This document shows, piece after piece, positions 43,910-44,422 of a DNA stretch of 44,422 nucleotides. Source of the stretch: Kagunavirus 536P11; sequence record OZ035764.1. The stretch is one strand, 5' to 3'. The position numbers and the translations under genes were made by a program. Below the pieces are notes generated by a model, which was not told where the DNA came from, ran no database searches, and saw nothing but the letters and a program-made list of their open reading frames with translations. Position 1 is the first letter of the stretch. Every line of letters starts with the position of its first letter.

Positions 43910-44422
43910 ATGAAACTTACACTTAAGCAACCATCACCTGAGGTGGTGCAAGCTGCACATGAAGAGGCTGTTAGTGCCAACCGTCGCCGTAAACGACCGC
44001 GGGGTAAACAGAGCCTTTACCAGTCATCCCGTAATTCTGCGGCATTGTGGGACCCGGACTATTGCGACGAGTTAATCCGGTTCTTTGACCGCAACTCATG
44101 GGAACTCGTACCTACGTCCAAGGGTGACGAACGTCCGCTGATTCAGGATAAACCCCCGTCACTGGCCCGCTTCGCCTTACACATCGGCGTAACTACCCCT
44201 ATTATTAAGCTGTGGTTGCGTGAGATTCCGGCGTTTGCAGAAGCCTATGAAACCGCTCAGGCGCTGGAAGAGGCGTATTTCACTGAGACAGGCGCTGCCG
44301 GTATCTCCGCTACGTTTGCTGCGGCTAAGCTGGGCTTAAGCAAAGAGAAACCTGTTGAATCCTCCGAAGAAACTGCGCCGACTGAGATTGTGTTCACCGT
44401 AGCGGAGCCGGTAGGTAAAATC
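43910..44422 (+). CDS. terS: terminase small subunit (3'-truncated by window end; frame closes at 31-33)
   Basis: RBS GGGGG before ATG 43910; open for all 171 codons to window end; HTH-like LARFALHIGVTTPIIKLW; frame 1 from window start reaches TGA at 31-33 overlapping terL ATG. Confidence 0.65.
   Translation, partial: MKLTLKQPSPEVVQAAHEEAVSANRRRKRPRGKQSLYQSSRNSAALWDPDYCDELIRFFDRNSWELVPTSKGDERPLIQDKPPSLARFALHIGVTTPIIKLWLREIPAFAEAYETAQALEEAYFTETGAAGISATFAAAKLGLSKEKPVESSEETAPTEIVFTVAEPVGKI

Noticed and set aside
1-44422. Searched for tRNA genes, CRISPR arrays, integrase/attP and rRNA
   Set aside because: No tRNA-like cloverleaf candidates with a T-loop GTTCRANYC, no regularly spaced direct repeat array and no recombinase-like ORF were recognised by eye; a tRNAscan or CRISPR finder run would be needed to be certain.

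Overview
The window reads as a complete, circularly permuted ~44.4 kb dsDNA siphophage genome (enterobacterial style), with no integrase, tRNA or CRISPR array seen. All calls are from manual reading of the sequence and the ORF track; no database search was run, so family names are inferences from motifs and gene order. Layout: (1) plus strand 0-24.9 kb is the structural module: terL, portal, head morphogenesis, Rz/Rz1 spanins, scaffold, major capsid, two Ig-like proteins, connector and tail genes, a G/GT-type chaperone with a -1 frameshift site, tape measure, tail tip and a beta-helix tailspike. (2) A minus-strand accessory cassette sits inside the tail module at 12.3-14.7 kb: Imm-like membrane protein, HTH-metallophosphoesterase, two small ORFs and an HNH-AP2 endonuclease, with its own promoter. 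(3) Minus strand 24.9-37.0 kb is the replication/modification module: primase-helicase, PD-(D/E)XK nuclease, DUF2815-like, family A DNA polymerase, VRR-NUC, C5 cytosine methyltransferase, SNF2 helicase, plus a plus-strand XRE repressor-like gene. (4) Plus-strand small-gene arrays at 37.4-40.4 and 41.7-43.8 kb flank a holin/endolysin cassette at 40.5-41.5 kb. (5) terS starts at 43910 and runs in frame across the window end to a TGA at 31-33. Most notable: a family of seven early promoters sharing an AATAG-N4-CTATT operator; two paralogous promoter-driven structured-RNA candidates with compensatory hairpin changes; an in-frame TGA inside a well-initiated structural ORF; a Cys-rich alternate reading frame; competing hairpins over the holin ribosome-binding site; and several translationally coupled micro-ORFs missing from the ORF track.
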